A stretch of DNA of 64,000 nt from a bacterium (GCA_030613005.1 JAUWMV010000004.1:29211-93210), one strand, 5' to 3'; shown: positions 19,731 through 30,013, counted from the first letter of the stretch. Numbers and translations are program-made. Notes: generated by a model from the sequence alone, not told the origin.

Positions 19731-21650
19731 TTATTTCTTGGAATTTATTTCCTTGCGCAATTTACTTTTAAAATTTACTAAGCTCATTTGCCCTAAATCA
19801 CCTTCTAAATGACGCCTTATAGATACAATTTTTTTCTCCTCTTCTTTTTCACCTAAAATCATCATATATGGAATTTTTCTTGTCTCAGCAAATCTAATCT
19901 TGTATCCAACTCTTTCGTCCGAGTCGTCCAAAATAATCCTGAATTCTTCATCGAATAATTCTTTATATACATTTTGTGCATAATCCACGTGTTTTTCACT
20001 AACAGGAAGTATTGCCACTTGCACTGGAGCCAACCAAACAGGGAAATTACCCGAATAATGTTCGAGCAAAATTGCAAAAAAACGTTCAATAGACCCAAAA
20101 AGCGCTCTGTGAATAACATACGGTCTTTTTGGAAGACCATCCTTAGCTATATATATCATATCAAATCGCTCGGGTAGATTAAAGTCGAATTGTATGGTTG
20201 TGCATTGCCAACTCCGTTGTAAAGCGTCGGTTAAGAATATATCAATCTTTGGTCCATAGAACACACCAGCTCCTTCATCGATGCTATATGGGAATTCAGT
20301 TGAATTTATGGCGCTCATTAATGATTTTTCCGCCATTTCCCAGTTTTCGTTTGAACCGACATATTTATCAGGCTTTGTCGAGAGAAATATTTGGAATTTC
20401 TCAAATCCAAATAAGCGTAGAAGGCTATATGAGAAATTTATTACACCAACGATTTCGTCAAGAATTTGATCGGGACGGCAAATAATATGAGCATCATCCA
20501 CAGTAAACCCACGTACTCTGGTCAATCCATGAAGAACTCCGCTTCTTTCATAGCGATACACAGTTCCTAATTCAGTCCAGCGGAGCGGAAGATCCCTATA
20601 TGAATGCCTCTTTCGCTTGTATAGACTAATATGAAACGGACAATTCATAGGTTTCAGAAAGTATAACTGACCATCCACATCCATTGGGGAATACATATCC
20701 TCGATATAAAAGTCCAGATGACCACTTGTTTTCCATAAGTTAGATTTTCCAATATGAGGTGTCATGATTATTTCGTAACCGTGTTTTCTGTGCTCGTTTT
20801 TCCAAGTGTTTTCAATAATTTCTCTAATTGCTGCGCCTTTGGGAGTCCACAAAACCAGACCCGGACCAACGTCCTTATCGAAATGGAATAAGTCTAATTC
20901 CTTTCCCAGTTTTCTGTGATCCCGCTTTTCTGCCTCGTGCAGAAGCTTCATGTGTTCTTCAAGCTTTGACTTCTTAGGAAATGATACGCCGTAAATCCTT
21001 TGGAGCATAGGATTCCTTTCATCACCCTGCCAATATGCACCCGCAATAGAAAGTAGTTTGAAATATTTCACGTATCCGGTAGAAGGCAAATGAGGTCCTA
21101 AACAAAGATCAACGAAATTCCCAATTGTATATATAGTTATAGTTTCCTCTCGAGGTATTTCATCAAGCAATTCAAGTTTATAATTTTCGTTCAAACTTTT
21201 GAAGAGTGCATATGCATCCTCTCTTGAAATCTCCTTACGTTCAAAAGGAATATCTTGTTCGATTAATTCTTTCATGCGAATTTCAATTTTACTAAGGTCA
21301 TCAGGTGTAAAGGGTTGTAAAGTATCGAAATCGTAATAGAAACCGGAATCGATCGCAGGTCCAATAGCTATTTTAACCTTGGGAAAAATATCTTTGACGG
21401 CATAAGCCATAACATGGGCACTTGAATGCCAGAATGTTTCTCGAGATAAAGTGTCGTTAAATTTCAAGATTTTCAATTCAACAGGATTCTCCGATTCGGG
21501 CAGAGAACGAGTTAGATCCCATGGTTGCCCGTTAACAACAGCTACAATTGCATCACGTGCGAGACCGGATGAGATGCTTTTGGCAACATCCAATGGAGTC
21601 GACCCATCAGTGATTTGAAGAATGCTATCGTCTGGAAGTTTCACTTTCAT
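19731..21650 (-). CDS. thrS: threonine--tRNA ligase
   Basis: N-terminal TGS domain (MKVKLPDDSILQI), followed by a class II aminoacyl-tRNA synthetase core and an anticodon-binding domain. 639 aa. Confidence 0.9.
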   Translation of the reverse strand: MKVKLPDDSILQITDGSTPLDVAKSISSGLARDAIVAVVNGQPWDLTRSLPESENPVELKILKFNDTLSRETFWHSSAHVMAYAVKDIFPKVKIAIGPAIDSGFYYDFDTLQPFTPDDLSKIEIRMKELIEQDIPFERKEISREDAYALFKSLNENYKLELLDEIPREETITIYTIGNFVDLCLGPHLPSTGYVKYFKLLSIAGAYWQGDERNPMLQRIYGVSFPKKSKLEEHMKLLHEAEKRDHRKLGKELDLFHFDKDVGPGLVLWTPKGAAIREIIENTWKNEHRKHGYEIIMTPHIGKSNLWKTSGHLDFYIEDMYSPMDVDGQLYFLKPMNCPFHISLYKRKRHSYRDLPLRWTELGTVYRYERSGVLHGLTRVRGFTVDDAHIICRPDQILDEIVGVINFSYSLLRLFGFEKFQIFLSTKPDKYVGSNENWEMAEKSLMSAINSTEFPYSIDEGAGVFYGPKIDIFLTDALQRSWQCTTIQFDFNLPERFDMIYIAKDGLPKRPYVIHRALFGSIERFFAILLEHYSGNFPVWLAPVQVAILPVSEKHVDYAQNVYKELFDEEFRIILDDSDERVGYKIRFAETRKIPYMMILGEKEEEKKIVSIRRHLEGDLGQMSLVNFKSKLRKEINSKK

Positions 21651-21744
21651 TTTTTCTATCCTTTGATATCTTTAAACAGATGCAAATTTAATTTAATGTA
21701 ATATGCATGTCAATATATTCTATCGAACTATACGGAGGAAGATA

Positions 21745-22626
21745 ATGATGAAATATATAGTTTGTATCGGTTTGTTTTTAATAATGCTTGGAGTATCATT
21801 CGGGCAATATGAAATCTTCTCAAACTCCGGTGAAAAAATCGAAACACTTGAAGCCTTGGTCGATCGATTATCAAAGAATGATGTTGTATTCTTTGGCGAA
21901 ATTCATAACGATATAATTGCTCATGGTTTAGAATTTGAAATATTAAGTCGACTTTCTAGCAGATGGGAAAAAACCGCGCTTTTACTGGAAATGTTCGAGG
22001 CGGATGGTCAAAGATCTCTGAATTCTTTCTTAGAAGGTAAAATATCCGAGGATGAATTTAAACAATCTGTTTCGCTCTGGGGCAACTACAACACCGACTA
22101 CCGAGTTATGGTCGAGTTTGCAAAGTTAAAGAAAATACCTGTAATAGCTGGCAATATTCCGCGTCGATTAGCAAAACTTGTCAGTTCAGATGGAATTTCT
22201 GCGTGGGATAAACTTTCCAATACAGAAAAACAGTATCTTCCAAGAGAAACGTTTTTCAAAAATGATCGATATAGAGAGCTTTTTGAGATGACAATGAAAG
22301 ATAATCCCATGATGAAAAGAATGCCTGATGTATCTATGGATAACTTATATCATGCTCAATGTGTTAAGGATGAAAAGATGGCGGAGTCGATCGTAGATTT
22401 CCTGAAGAAAAATTCAGACTGTAAAGTATTCGTAGTAAATGGTTCCTTTCACAGTGATTATCATCTCGGCACAGTGCAAAAGCTTAAACTTCGAATGCCT
22501 GAATTAAAAATCGTTACGATATCCGCCATACCTGTGGACGATATTTCTGGAATAAATCCTAAAGAATACTCGGAAAAAGCCGATTTTATTATCTTCACTC
22601 AAAAAAATTCTTCAGAAAGCTATTAA
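21745..22626 (+). CDS. ChaN-like family protein (haem-binding lipoprotein family)
   Basis: ATG 6 nt after GGAGG. Signal peptide; VVFFGEIHNDIIAHGLEFEIL and LLEMFEADGQ motifs characteristic of the ChaN/DUF399 family. Confidence 0.55.
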   Translation: MMKYIVCIGLFLIMLGVSFGQYEIFSNSGEKIETLEALVDRLSKNDVVFFGEIHNDIIAHGLEFEILSRLSSRWEKTALLLEMFEADGQRSLNSFLEGKISEDEFKQSVSLWGNYNTDYRVMVEFAKLKKIPVIAGNIPRRLAKLVSSDGISAWDKLSNTEKQYLPRETFFKNDRYRELFEMTMKDNPMMKRMPDVSMDNLYHAQCVKDEKMAESIVDFLKKNSDCKVFVVNGSFHSDYHLGTVQKLKLRMPELKIVTISAIPVDDISGINPKEYSEKADFIIFTQKNSSESY

Positions 22627-22690
22627 AATTTAAATAATTGCTCCTTTTTAGAAAACGGTCATAAATTCAAATCGATAATGGACATTACTA

Positions 22691-23551
22691 ATGAATTATT
22701 CTAAAATAATACTTTCACTCATATTATTTGTAAGTTGTTCTTATGGACAATTCGATATTTTCGCGAGTTCCGGAGATAAAATTCCAGATATCGACTCACT
22801 AATTTGTATTGTATCCCAATACGATGTTATCTTTCTCGGTGTTGAAAATTTTGATTCAATAAGCAATGTCCTCGATTATGAAATTTTCGATGCTCTAACA
22901 GAGAAAAACAAGGATATTGCCTTGTCCCTCGAAATACTTGAAGCAGACAATCAAGGGATTGTTAATGATTTTTTAGTTGGAAAAATAAGTGGGCAGGAAT
23001 TACATGTCGCTTCTAATATTGATATAAATATCCTTCAGATTTTCTTACCACTAATCAAACTTGCCAAAAACAAAGGATTACCCGTCATAGCTGCTAATAT
23101 ACCTAAAAGATTTTGCAGGATAGTCTCGCACTTTGGAATAGAGGAGTTAGGTTCATTGTCTGAACAGGAACAAAAAATTCTCCCCCAACAAACATTTTTT
23201 TTTAACGATCAGTATAAAGAACTATTCAAAGAAAGACTCCAAGAACAAAAAACACAGTTAGAAAAACAGGATGAGAACTTTAATAATCTATACCAGTCAC
23301 ATTGTCTTGCAGATGAGAAAATGGCAGAATCGATTTCCAATTTCTTGCTTCAGAATCCAGGATTTAAAGTTTTTATGATAAATAATTCTTTTCACTCTGA
23401 TTACAGACTTGGGATCGTTCAGAAGCTTAATATCCGATCCCCTATGTTGCGAATTGTTACGATAAAAAATTTTCCAGTGCCAAAAATGGCAAAAATCGAT
23501 TATAATCAGTTGCTTGATAAATCGGATTTTCTTATTCTAACTTTCCAATAA
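22691..23551 (+). CDS. ChaN-like family protein (tandem paralog)
   Basis: Same architecture as 21745..22626 (FLGVENFDSISN, LEILEADNQG, HCLADEKMAESI) and clearly related, though divergent. Confidence 0.55.
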   Translation: MNYSKIILSLILFVSCSYGQFDIFASSGDKIPDIDSLICIVSQYDVIFLGVENFDSISNVLDYEIFDALTEKNKDIALSLEILEADNQGIVNDFLVGKISGQELHVASNIDINILQIFLPLIKLAKNKGLPVIAANIPKRFCRIVSHFGIEELGSLSEQEQKILPQQTFFFNDQYKELFKERLQEQKTQLEKQDENFNNLYQSHCLADEKMAESISNFLLQNPGFKVFMINNSFHSDYRLGIVQKLNIRSPMLRIVTIKNFPVPKMAKIDYNQLLDKSDFLILTFQ

Positions 23552-23587
23552 GAAAATTAATTTAAGAAATCCAAATAGGAGGTTTGG

Positions 23588-24274
23588 ATGAATCGATGTT
23601 TTCCATTGATATTACTACTTATGAGTTTGACATTAGCGAGGGAATGGAGCTTGAATATTGAAATCGCTAAGGAAACCAAATTCGAGCTTGGGATCGGCAT
23701 GCAAACCAATGCAACCGATGGCTTCAATCCAAAAGTTGATTATGCAGCACCACCAATTTTGCCTACTGGAATATTTCCTTATTTTCCTCTTGAAGACAGC
23801 AAATATTCATACCTCAAATCACTTTGGCGGGATATTCGAGCCGAGATAGACTCAGCAAAATGGTCTCTTGTAATCCACAGAGGTACAAGCGGAGTGAAGA
23901 TAACCTGGGCTTCAGATTCGTTACCTCGGGGTTTGTTTATGATTCAAAACGAAAACATGGAAGAACTTAATGGCTTATACATAACTGATGAGGATGATAC
24001 ACTCATCGAAATAAAATACACTAAAACTGAATCAAAGGAACTAGAACCTGAAGGCATAAAATTCAAACTTGACACCCCAGCACAGGTTAAAGTAATAATT
24101 GCCACACAAAACGGAATAGTGGCAGATATTCTTGAATTGGGCTATTTAGAAAATGGAATACATCGCATTCAATGGGATTCCAGCGAAAACACAGAGACAA
24201 CTTTCTTCTATGCAGTTATTGCGGACGGTATCCAAATTGCAGAAGGCACCTTTTCTCCAGTAATGAATAAATAA
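23588..24274 (+). CDS. secreted hypothetical protein with a degenerate type IX CTD-like or Ig-like C-terminus
   Basis: Signal peptide MNRCFPLILLLMSLTLA. The C-terminal ...GIHRIQWDSSENTETTFFYAVIADGIQIAEGTF resembles the Por_Secre_tail core (H..WD....G.YFY) but lacks the terminal KM.L.K. Confidence 0.4.
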   Translation: MNRCFPLILLLMSLTLAREWSLNIEIAKETKFELGIGMQTNATDGFNPKVDYAAPPILPTGIFPYFPLEDSKYSYLKSLWRDIRAEIDSAKWSLVIHRGTSGVKITWASDSLPRGLFMIQNENMEELNGLYITDEDDTLIEIKYTKTESKELEPEGIKFKLDTPAQVKVIIATQNGIVADILELGYLENGIHRIQWDSSENTETTFFYAVIADGIQIAEGTFSPVMNK

Positions 24275-24381
24275 GTTACTTTTCACGTTTTGCGGTTCAA
24301 AATCTTTGTATAAGTAAAAAAGATTTATATTTCTTTAATTTAATAATCAATTTTTTTTAAAAATAAACTCGGAGGTTAGAT

Positions 24382-25404
24382 ATGAACAATCGGGTAACTT
24401 TTATTGTTATGATTTCCATATTAACCTTAGGTATTCTGCTATTTTACGGATGCGCCGATAACAATAGCGATAACCACAAACCCGATAAATCCTACAGATT
24501 AAAAATGCAACTTACCGAGAACTCGAGTTCTTTAATACCGACGCTTGACGAAGCGATCGATACGACATCATGGATAGATGTCGTTCGACTTAATCCGGAT
24601 GCAACACCAGCGGAGTCGGTTTTAATAATAATCGACAGCGATTCTATGAAGGATTTAATTTATGCGTCCTTTGATTCAGCTCGATTTGAGCTTGGTGAAT
24701 TAGAATTTAATCCTACCGATCCCATTGATTTCAAGATGGTGGCAGGAAAAGATTCATTCTTTTCAATGTTCCCCACTCCACCTACAGAAGAAGTTATAAT
24801 AACTCGTCCAGAAGATGAAGAAACCCTTATCGCAGGTGAATCATTCGAAATACGTTGGATGTATTCCGGTGACACCCCCAGTATAACCACAATCATGATT
24901 GTCAAAGCAGAGATTCCATCAATTGATTTTCAAACAGATCTTCCGGGAACAACTAAAACATATTTTGTAGCAGATACACTTACAGCAGGTCATGCTAACT
25001 CTCACTTAAAAATCTTTGTTGTAGCCCATGAAACTACAGGTTTATCCGAAGATTATCTCGATATGTTTGTCGATATTCGAGTGAGTGATTTACTTCATTG
25101 CTTCCTTGGTAGCGATGATACAACAACAATTTACAAAGTAACAGTTACAGGTCCGGGAACTACTCCTACGATTTCATGGATACCAGATATTACTACTGCG
25201 GATTATATGATTGTCTACGAAACTGCGACAATAGATTCTATGTGGTATATTATCGGATATTTCAATAGCCCGGTTGTATACGGAACAGTTCCCTTTGGTG
25301 CTTTGGATTTTTTAGAAAAGCGAAATTTAACTGAGGATATCTCTTATTCCTTTATCGTACATTTTACGAACGGTCTATCTGATAAAGCAGAATACACACC
25401 ATAA
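24382..25404 (+). CDS. lipoprotein, function unknown
   Basis: Lipoprotein signal ...LGILLFYGCADNN. 340 aa, Thr/Asp-rich. Confidence 0.5.
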   Translation: MNNRVTFIVMISILTLGILLFYGCADNNSDNHKPDKSYRLKMQLTENSSSLIPTLDEAIDTTSWIDVVRLNPDATPAESVLIIIDSDSMKDLIYASFDSARFELGELEFNPTDPIDFKMVAGKDSFFSMFPTPPTEEVIITRPEDEETLIAGESFEIRWMYSGDTPSITTIMIVKAEIPSIDFQTDLPGTTKTYFVADTLTAGHANSHLKIFVVAHETTGLSEDYLDMFVDIRVSDLLHCFLGSDDTTTIYKVTVTGPGTTPTISWIPDITTADYMIVYETATIDSMWYIIGYFNSPVVYGTVPFGALDFLEKRNLTEDISYSFIVHFTNGLSDKAEYTP

Positions 25405-25451
25405 ACTTGATTGTTTAAGTTAACCACGATGGAATTTCGATAAAAATCGCT

Positions 25452-25865
25452 TCAACCACGCACTCGTTCAAGTGTTGCATTTATCTTGCCAGACTTGTGC
25501 CTTAATTCTTGTGTTCTAACGTATTCCGAGACTATGTCCATATGAGATTTGCTAACTGATACAACACCATAACCGTTATCCCAAATAGGTGGTGTTTTTA
25601 ATGCCATCTCATCAATCATAAATATAGTCGATTGATGTTTAACAAGCTCTGCAAGAGCTCCAGGCGCAACACCGGGCATCAATTGTGCAAAAAGATGAAT
25701 GTGATCGTTTAAAACCGAGATTGCTACAGGTTTATAGCCAAACTCATCCCCACGACTCGTAAAATAGCCTTGTAAAACTTTTTTCATAGCCGAGTTCATC
25801 TCAGAGGAATCCTCAGCTACCAGCCAAACTATATGACAATATATTTCCGAGAATCCTACTGGCAT
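25452..25865 (-). CDS. tnpA: IS200/IS605-family (Y1, HUH) transposase TnpA-like protein
   Basis: 137 aa. HUH motif in LNDHIHLFAQL and a catalytic Tyr region (VSEYVRTQ). The size and motif order are those of IS200 TnpA. Confidence 0.6.
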   Translation of the reverse strand: MPVGFSEIYCHIVWLVAEDSSEMNSAMKKVLQGYFTSRGDEFGYKPVAISVLNDHIHLFAQLMPGVAPGALAELVKHQSTIFMIDEMALKTPPIWDNGYGVVSVSKSHMDIVSEYVRTQELRHKSGKINATLERVRG

Positions 25866-25995
25866 TTTTCAAAAATACTTTAAAGTTCGTATTTTTCAAA
25901 CAAGTTAATAAACAAAATTAATAATCATCAAATTCCCCTTGAAATAGCATAACCTTATATTAAGTTACTTAGAGAACATTTTTTAGGAGTAATCG

Positions 25996-27312
25996 ATGAA
26001 TAAAACAATAATGGAAAAAGCACACGCAGGAATCGAACTTCCAGAATTTACCGAAGTCGCAAAATACGAAAGAGTTTCCATAGATAAAATAATGGAAGGT
26101 GTTGCTGCTGGAACAATTGTTATAACAAAAAACAATGTTCGACCCAGACCTATACGTTCAGTGGGGATAGGTTCAGGTCTCTTGGTAAAAGTAAACGCAA
26201 ATATCGGGACCTCTCAGGACAGTGCGGATATAAAAAATGAATTACAAAAGCTCGAGGCTTTGGTTCAAGCGAAGTCGGACGCAGTTATGGATTTATCTAC
26301 CGGTGGCGATCTCACCGCGATTCGAAAAGCGATAATCGCTAATAGCCCAATCCCTATCGGTACCGTACCGATCTATGAAATTGCTGTTAAACAACGCCTA
26401 ACGGGAACCCCAATGATAAAGCTCTCTGCAAACGATATTTTTAAAGTTATAGAGGAGCAAGCAAAGCAGGGAGTGGACTTTATGACTGTGCATGCGGGAT
26501 TAACAGCGAGAACTGTTGAGATGATCCTTCGTGGTAGTAGAACTATGAATGTTGTCAGCCGAGGTGGAGCATTTCTTTTTCAATGGATTAGATTCAATGA
26601 ATGTGAAAACCCATTATACGAAAACTTCGACAGATTGTTGGAGATTTGCAGAAAATATGAGATAACTCTTTCTCTTGGCGACGGAATGCGTCCGGGTGCT
26701 GTGGTGGATGCAACCGATCAACCGCAAATCGAGGAACTGCTTACGTTAGGTGAATTGGTAGATCGTGCGCGAGAAGCCGGTGTTCAAGCTATGGTCGAGG
26801 GACCGGGTCATGTCCCTATCGATCAAATAGAAACTAATATGAAAATTCAGAAACAAATTTGCAAGGGAGCACCATTTTATATTCTGGGACCAGTAGTAAC
26901 CGATATCGCACCGGGTTACGATCACATAACATCCGCCATCGGTGGAGCATGGGCAGCTTATTTCGGTGCAGATTTCCTATGTTATGTTACTCGAACAGAA
27001 CACCTGTCTTTGCCCAATATAGAAGCTGTACGTGAAGGCGTAATAATAACTCGGATTGCTGCACATGCCGCTGACATAGCAAAAGGACATCCTGGAGCGA
27101 TTAATTGGGATCTTCAAATGAGCAAAGCTCGATTCGATCTTAATTGGGAAAGACAGATTTCATTGGCAATCGATCCCAAACGCGCAAGCTTCATACGCGA
27201 CGCTCTTCCACCGTCGGATGAGGAAGTCTGCACGATGTGTGGCGAATTTTGTGCATTAAAAATGACCAAGGAAGCTCTGCCCAAAAAAACCAGCGAAAAA
27301 CAGGAAATTTAA
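25996..27312 (+). CDS. thiC: phosphomethylpyrimidine synthase
   Basis: 438 aa. GPVVTDIAPGYDHITSAIGGA and the C-terminal CX2CX4C cluster CTMCGEFCALKM. Confidence 0.9.
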   Translation: MNKTIMEKAHAGIELPEFTEVAKYERVSIDKIMEGVAAGTIVITKNNVRPRPIRSVGIGSGLLVKVNANIGTSQDSADIKNELQKLEALVQAKSDAVMDLSTGGDLTAIRKAIIANSPIPIGTVPIYEIAVKQRLTGTPMIKLSANDIFKVIEEQAKQGVDFMTVHAGLTARTVEMILRGSRTMNVVSRGGAFLFQWIRFNECENPLYENFDRLLEICRKYEITLSLGDGMRPGAVVDATDQPQIEELLTLGELVDRAREAGVQAMVEGPGHVPIDQIETNMKIQKQICKGAPFYILGPVVTDIAPGYDHITSAIGGAWAAYFGADFLCYVTRTEHLSLPNIEAVREGVIITRIAAHAADIAKGHPGAINWDLQMSKARFDLNWERQISLAIDPKRASFIRDALPPSDEEVCTMCGEFCALKMTKEALPKKTSEKQEI

Positions 27313-27357
27313 GAGTTTAGTCGCTGAAAATCTGGGTATCGAAAAGAAAAATTCGAT

Positions 27358-28290
27358 CTAAGGTTTAACAATTATAGTCTCACCATCGATAGGAGACGGG
27401 AAAATAATACAGTTTTCATATTTTCCTGTTTCAACGATTGTGTTGGAGAAAACAATACAATTTTCCAAATATATTTCTGGATACAATTTAGCCTTTGAAT
27501 CCACATAAACGAAACCCTTAAGGTACACTGAATCCGGAGTTTTTACATTACTTTCAATAAAAGTTAATTTACCTGCAAGAGGATGCTTAACTACTGAATT
27601 TACTAATATTTCTTGATGTAACTTGAGATAATTTTTTAAATCTCCAAAGTCTAACCAGAACTCATTCTCTTCATATACTCGGACTAAGCCCTTTTCAAAC
27701 CAAGGTTTGAGTGCATCTGTTAGCTCTAAAAAGCCTTTATTAGAAAACGAATCGAGAACATCCGTATTAAAAAAACCAACCCCGGAATAAGTTAATTTCT
27801 TTATCGACGAATTTTTAGATAAGAATTCGGAACCAAAACCTATAACTGTTCCTGCTTTAGTTATAACATTATTTGTGAAATCATTATCAATCGTTATTAG
27901 TGTTACTTTCGCATTCGAATCCTTATGAAATTCATAAGCTTTTAATAAATTAAAGCTTTCTATAATATCGCAATTATGAACAAGCACTGTAGTTTCTGGG
28001 AGGATTTTGCTATACAGATTTCCCAATCCACCAGCTGTGCCCAGAATTTTATTCTCTGTAATACATTTTATCTTAAATTTTGAGGCATAACTTTCGATCT
28101 GAGCATTGTGATAATGTGTGTTTACAGCAATTTGAGTTATACCTGATTCATATAGTCTTTTATAAAGAACTTTCAAAGCTGGTATGCCAACAATAGGTAG
28201 TAAAGCCTTAGGGCAAAAATTTGTAAGCGGTTTGAGCCTTGAACCAAATCCCGCTGCAAGTATAAATGCATGTTTAGGAAACTTTCTCAT
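27358..28290 (-). CDS. sugar-phosphate nucleotidyltransferase with C-terminal left-handed beta-helix
   Basis: FILAAGFGSRLKPLTNFCPKALLPIVG (NTP-transferase G-rich loop). The C-terminal hexapeptide-like region is VYVDSKAKLYPEIYLENCIVFSNTIVETG. The start ATG at 28290 overlaps the upstream stop (ATGA). Confidence 0.6.
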   Translation of the reverse strand: MRKFPKHAFILAAGFGSRLKPLTNFCPKALLPIVGIPALKVLYKRLYESGITQIAVNTHYHNAQIESYASKFKIKCITENKILGTAGGLGNLYSKILPETTVLVHNCDIIESFNLLKAYEFHKDSNAKVTLITIDNDFTNNVITKAGTVIGFGSEFLSKNSSIKKLTYSGVGFFNTDVLDSFSNKGFLELTDALKPWFEKGLVRVYEENEFWLDFGDLKNYLKLHQEILVNSVVKHPLAGKLTFIESNVKTPDSVYLKGFVYVDSKAKLYPEIYLENCIVFSNTIVETGKYENCIIFPSPIDGETIIVKP

Positions 28291-28961
28291 ATAGGATATA
28301 TAATACATGCCGGGACTAAAGACCAAATTGGAATATCGTGAAAATCTTTCAAATCTTTCGCTAACATTAAAAGGTCTAAATAAAAGAAAATTGGCCAAGC
28401 TCCCCTGCCGTTCCCAAAACGCCAAAACCTTTTCTGGGAATAATCTTTCGAAAGTTTGCGTCGTTCTATCATTGAATCGTTCCAGCTTTTTTTATCCCTA
28501 AAATATATCTGAGCGCTTTTCTGAGACCATGCATGAATATCTGTACCAGCATTCACACAGATACTTAAAATACGTTTTAAATTGCGTTTATTCGGTGGTT
28601 CTGTTTTGAAAATGAATTGACTGATTTTACTGAAATTCTCCGAAGCAAGTCTAGAGAGTAATATTATCGGACATGCAAAAGCCGAAGCAAACGCAATTAC
28701 TTCAATAGATTTAGTTTCGATCTCGGTCTTTTCTGATAGACTGCTTATTGTTTCATCAAATTTAGTGAAAGGATAATCTAAATAGCGAATTTTTCCCTGT
28801 TCTTCAAAAGATCCCCATAATGAAGGTGTAATTCCCAATATTCTTTGCTCAAACTGATTTGCTAACCATTCAAGATTTTTCAGTTCTGTTTCCTCACCTA
28901 CACCGTAAATGATAGCACCAATATTCTTTACGAGCGATATGTATTCTGGAGAAATTATCAT
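28287..28961 (-). CDS. hypothetical protein
   Basis: 224-aa ORF sharing 4-nt ATGA overlaps with both flanking genes. No recognisable motif. Confidence 0.45.
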   Translation of the reverse strand: MIISPEYISLVKNIGAIIYGVGEETELKNLEWLANQFEQRILGITPSLWGSFEEQGKIRYLDYPFTKFDETISSLSEKTEIETKSIEVIAFASAFACPIILLSRLASENFSKISQFIFKTEPPNKRNLKRILSICVNAGTDIHAWSQKSAQIYFRDKKSWNDSMIERRKLSKDYSQKRFWRFGNGRGAWPIFFYLDLLMLAKDLKDFHDIPIWSLVPACIIYPI

Positions 28962-30013
28962 GGGATAACGTTAAGAATATTTTTATCTGCCATACCTATT
29001 TTTACAGCATATTCAAACTGGGATCGCCATGGAATATTTGGATGGGCTCGATCGAAAACTTCAGAACCTATTAATCTCAAAGATTCAGCATCAATTTCAA
29101 AAGGATCGTAACCCGAAATAAAACCAACATCATCGGCTATAATCGAATTTTCACCTTTCATACAATCACATTCAGAGGAAATATTAATAAGTGCATTAAT
29201 AAGAATACTTTTGTTTTTAATAACATTCCACACAGCTGCAGCAGTTTCAACCAGGCGTTCCTGAAAAGCTTCATGGCTAATTCGCCAAAAAACTTTCAAA
29301 GCACTCACAGGACAAATTGCTATACAATGAGCACATCCAACGCATTTATCGAGATTAAAAATCGGAAATTTATTTGCATACCAACTCACTGCTTTCTCGG
29401 GACAAATATCGATGCACATTCCACATTGGATGCACTTCGATTGATTCAATTCAGGATGTGCATCGGAATGCATAAGCTGTTTTTGAGCCCGTGACGCAAA
29501 CCCCATCGAAAGATTTTTTATTGCTCCTCCAAATCCTGACCCAAGATGACCTTTAAAATGCGAGAAAATAATAAATCCCTGTGCTTGATTTATTATGGAC
29601 CCAACTTCAATAGTATCCTTAAAATGAAAGAATCCAGATTTAATTTTAACAACATCCATCCCACCGATTCCATCTCCGATTACAACGGGGCAACCCATGT
29701 TTTGCGGTGTATAACCGTGTTCGTATGCAGTCATAAGAGAATCCACACCAGTTCTGCGACAACCTGAATAAAGCACAGTCGTATCGAAAATAAACGGTTT
29801 TACTTCATTTTTTTTAAGCCACTTCACAATCACAGCAGCATATTTCTCGGAAAGAAAATATAGGTTTCCAATTTCACCCCAATGAAGCTTAAGACCAACT
29901 GTTGAGCCCCTTTTATATGGGAATTCTATTTGATCCAATAACCTTTGCAATGCTTTTATATTACTTTTAATATCAGTTCCTGCACTCTCAAATAATATCT
30001 TCTTCACACGCAT
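28958..30013 (-). CDS. DUF362-like protein fused to a 2x[4Fe-4S] ferredoxin domain
   Basis: Two CX2CX2CX3CP motifs (CIQCGMCIDICP and CVGCAHCIAICP) embedded in a DUF362-like scaffold. 351 aa. Confidence 0.55.
   Translation of the reverse strand: MRVKKILFESAGTDIKSNIKALQRLLDQIEFPYKRGSTVGLKLHWGEIGNLYFLSEKYAAVIVKWLKKNEVKPFIFDTTVLYSGCRRTGVDSLMTAYEHGYTPQNMGCPVVIGDGIGGMDVVKIKSGFFHFKDTIEVGSIINQAQGFIIFSHFKGHLGSGFGGAIKNLSMGFASRAQKQLMHSDAHPELNQSKCIQCGMCIDICPEKAVSWYANKFPIFNLDKCVGCAHCIAICPVSALKVFWRISHEAFQERLVETAAAVWNVIKNKSILINALINISSECDCMKGENSIIADDVGFISGYDPFEIDAESLRLIGSEVFDRAHPNIPWRSQFEYAVKIGMADKNILNVIP

Noticed and set aside
25866-25995. TPP (THI-box) riboswitch upstream of thiC
   Set aside because: I looked for the conserved CUGAGA and a GC-rich P1/P3, and found none in this AT-rich 130-nt leader.
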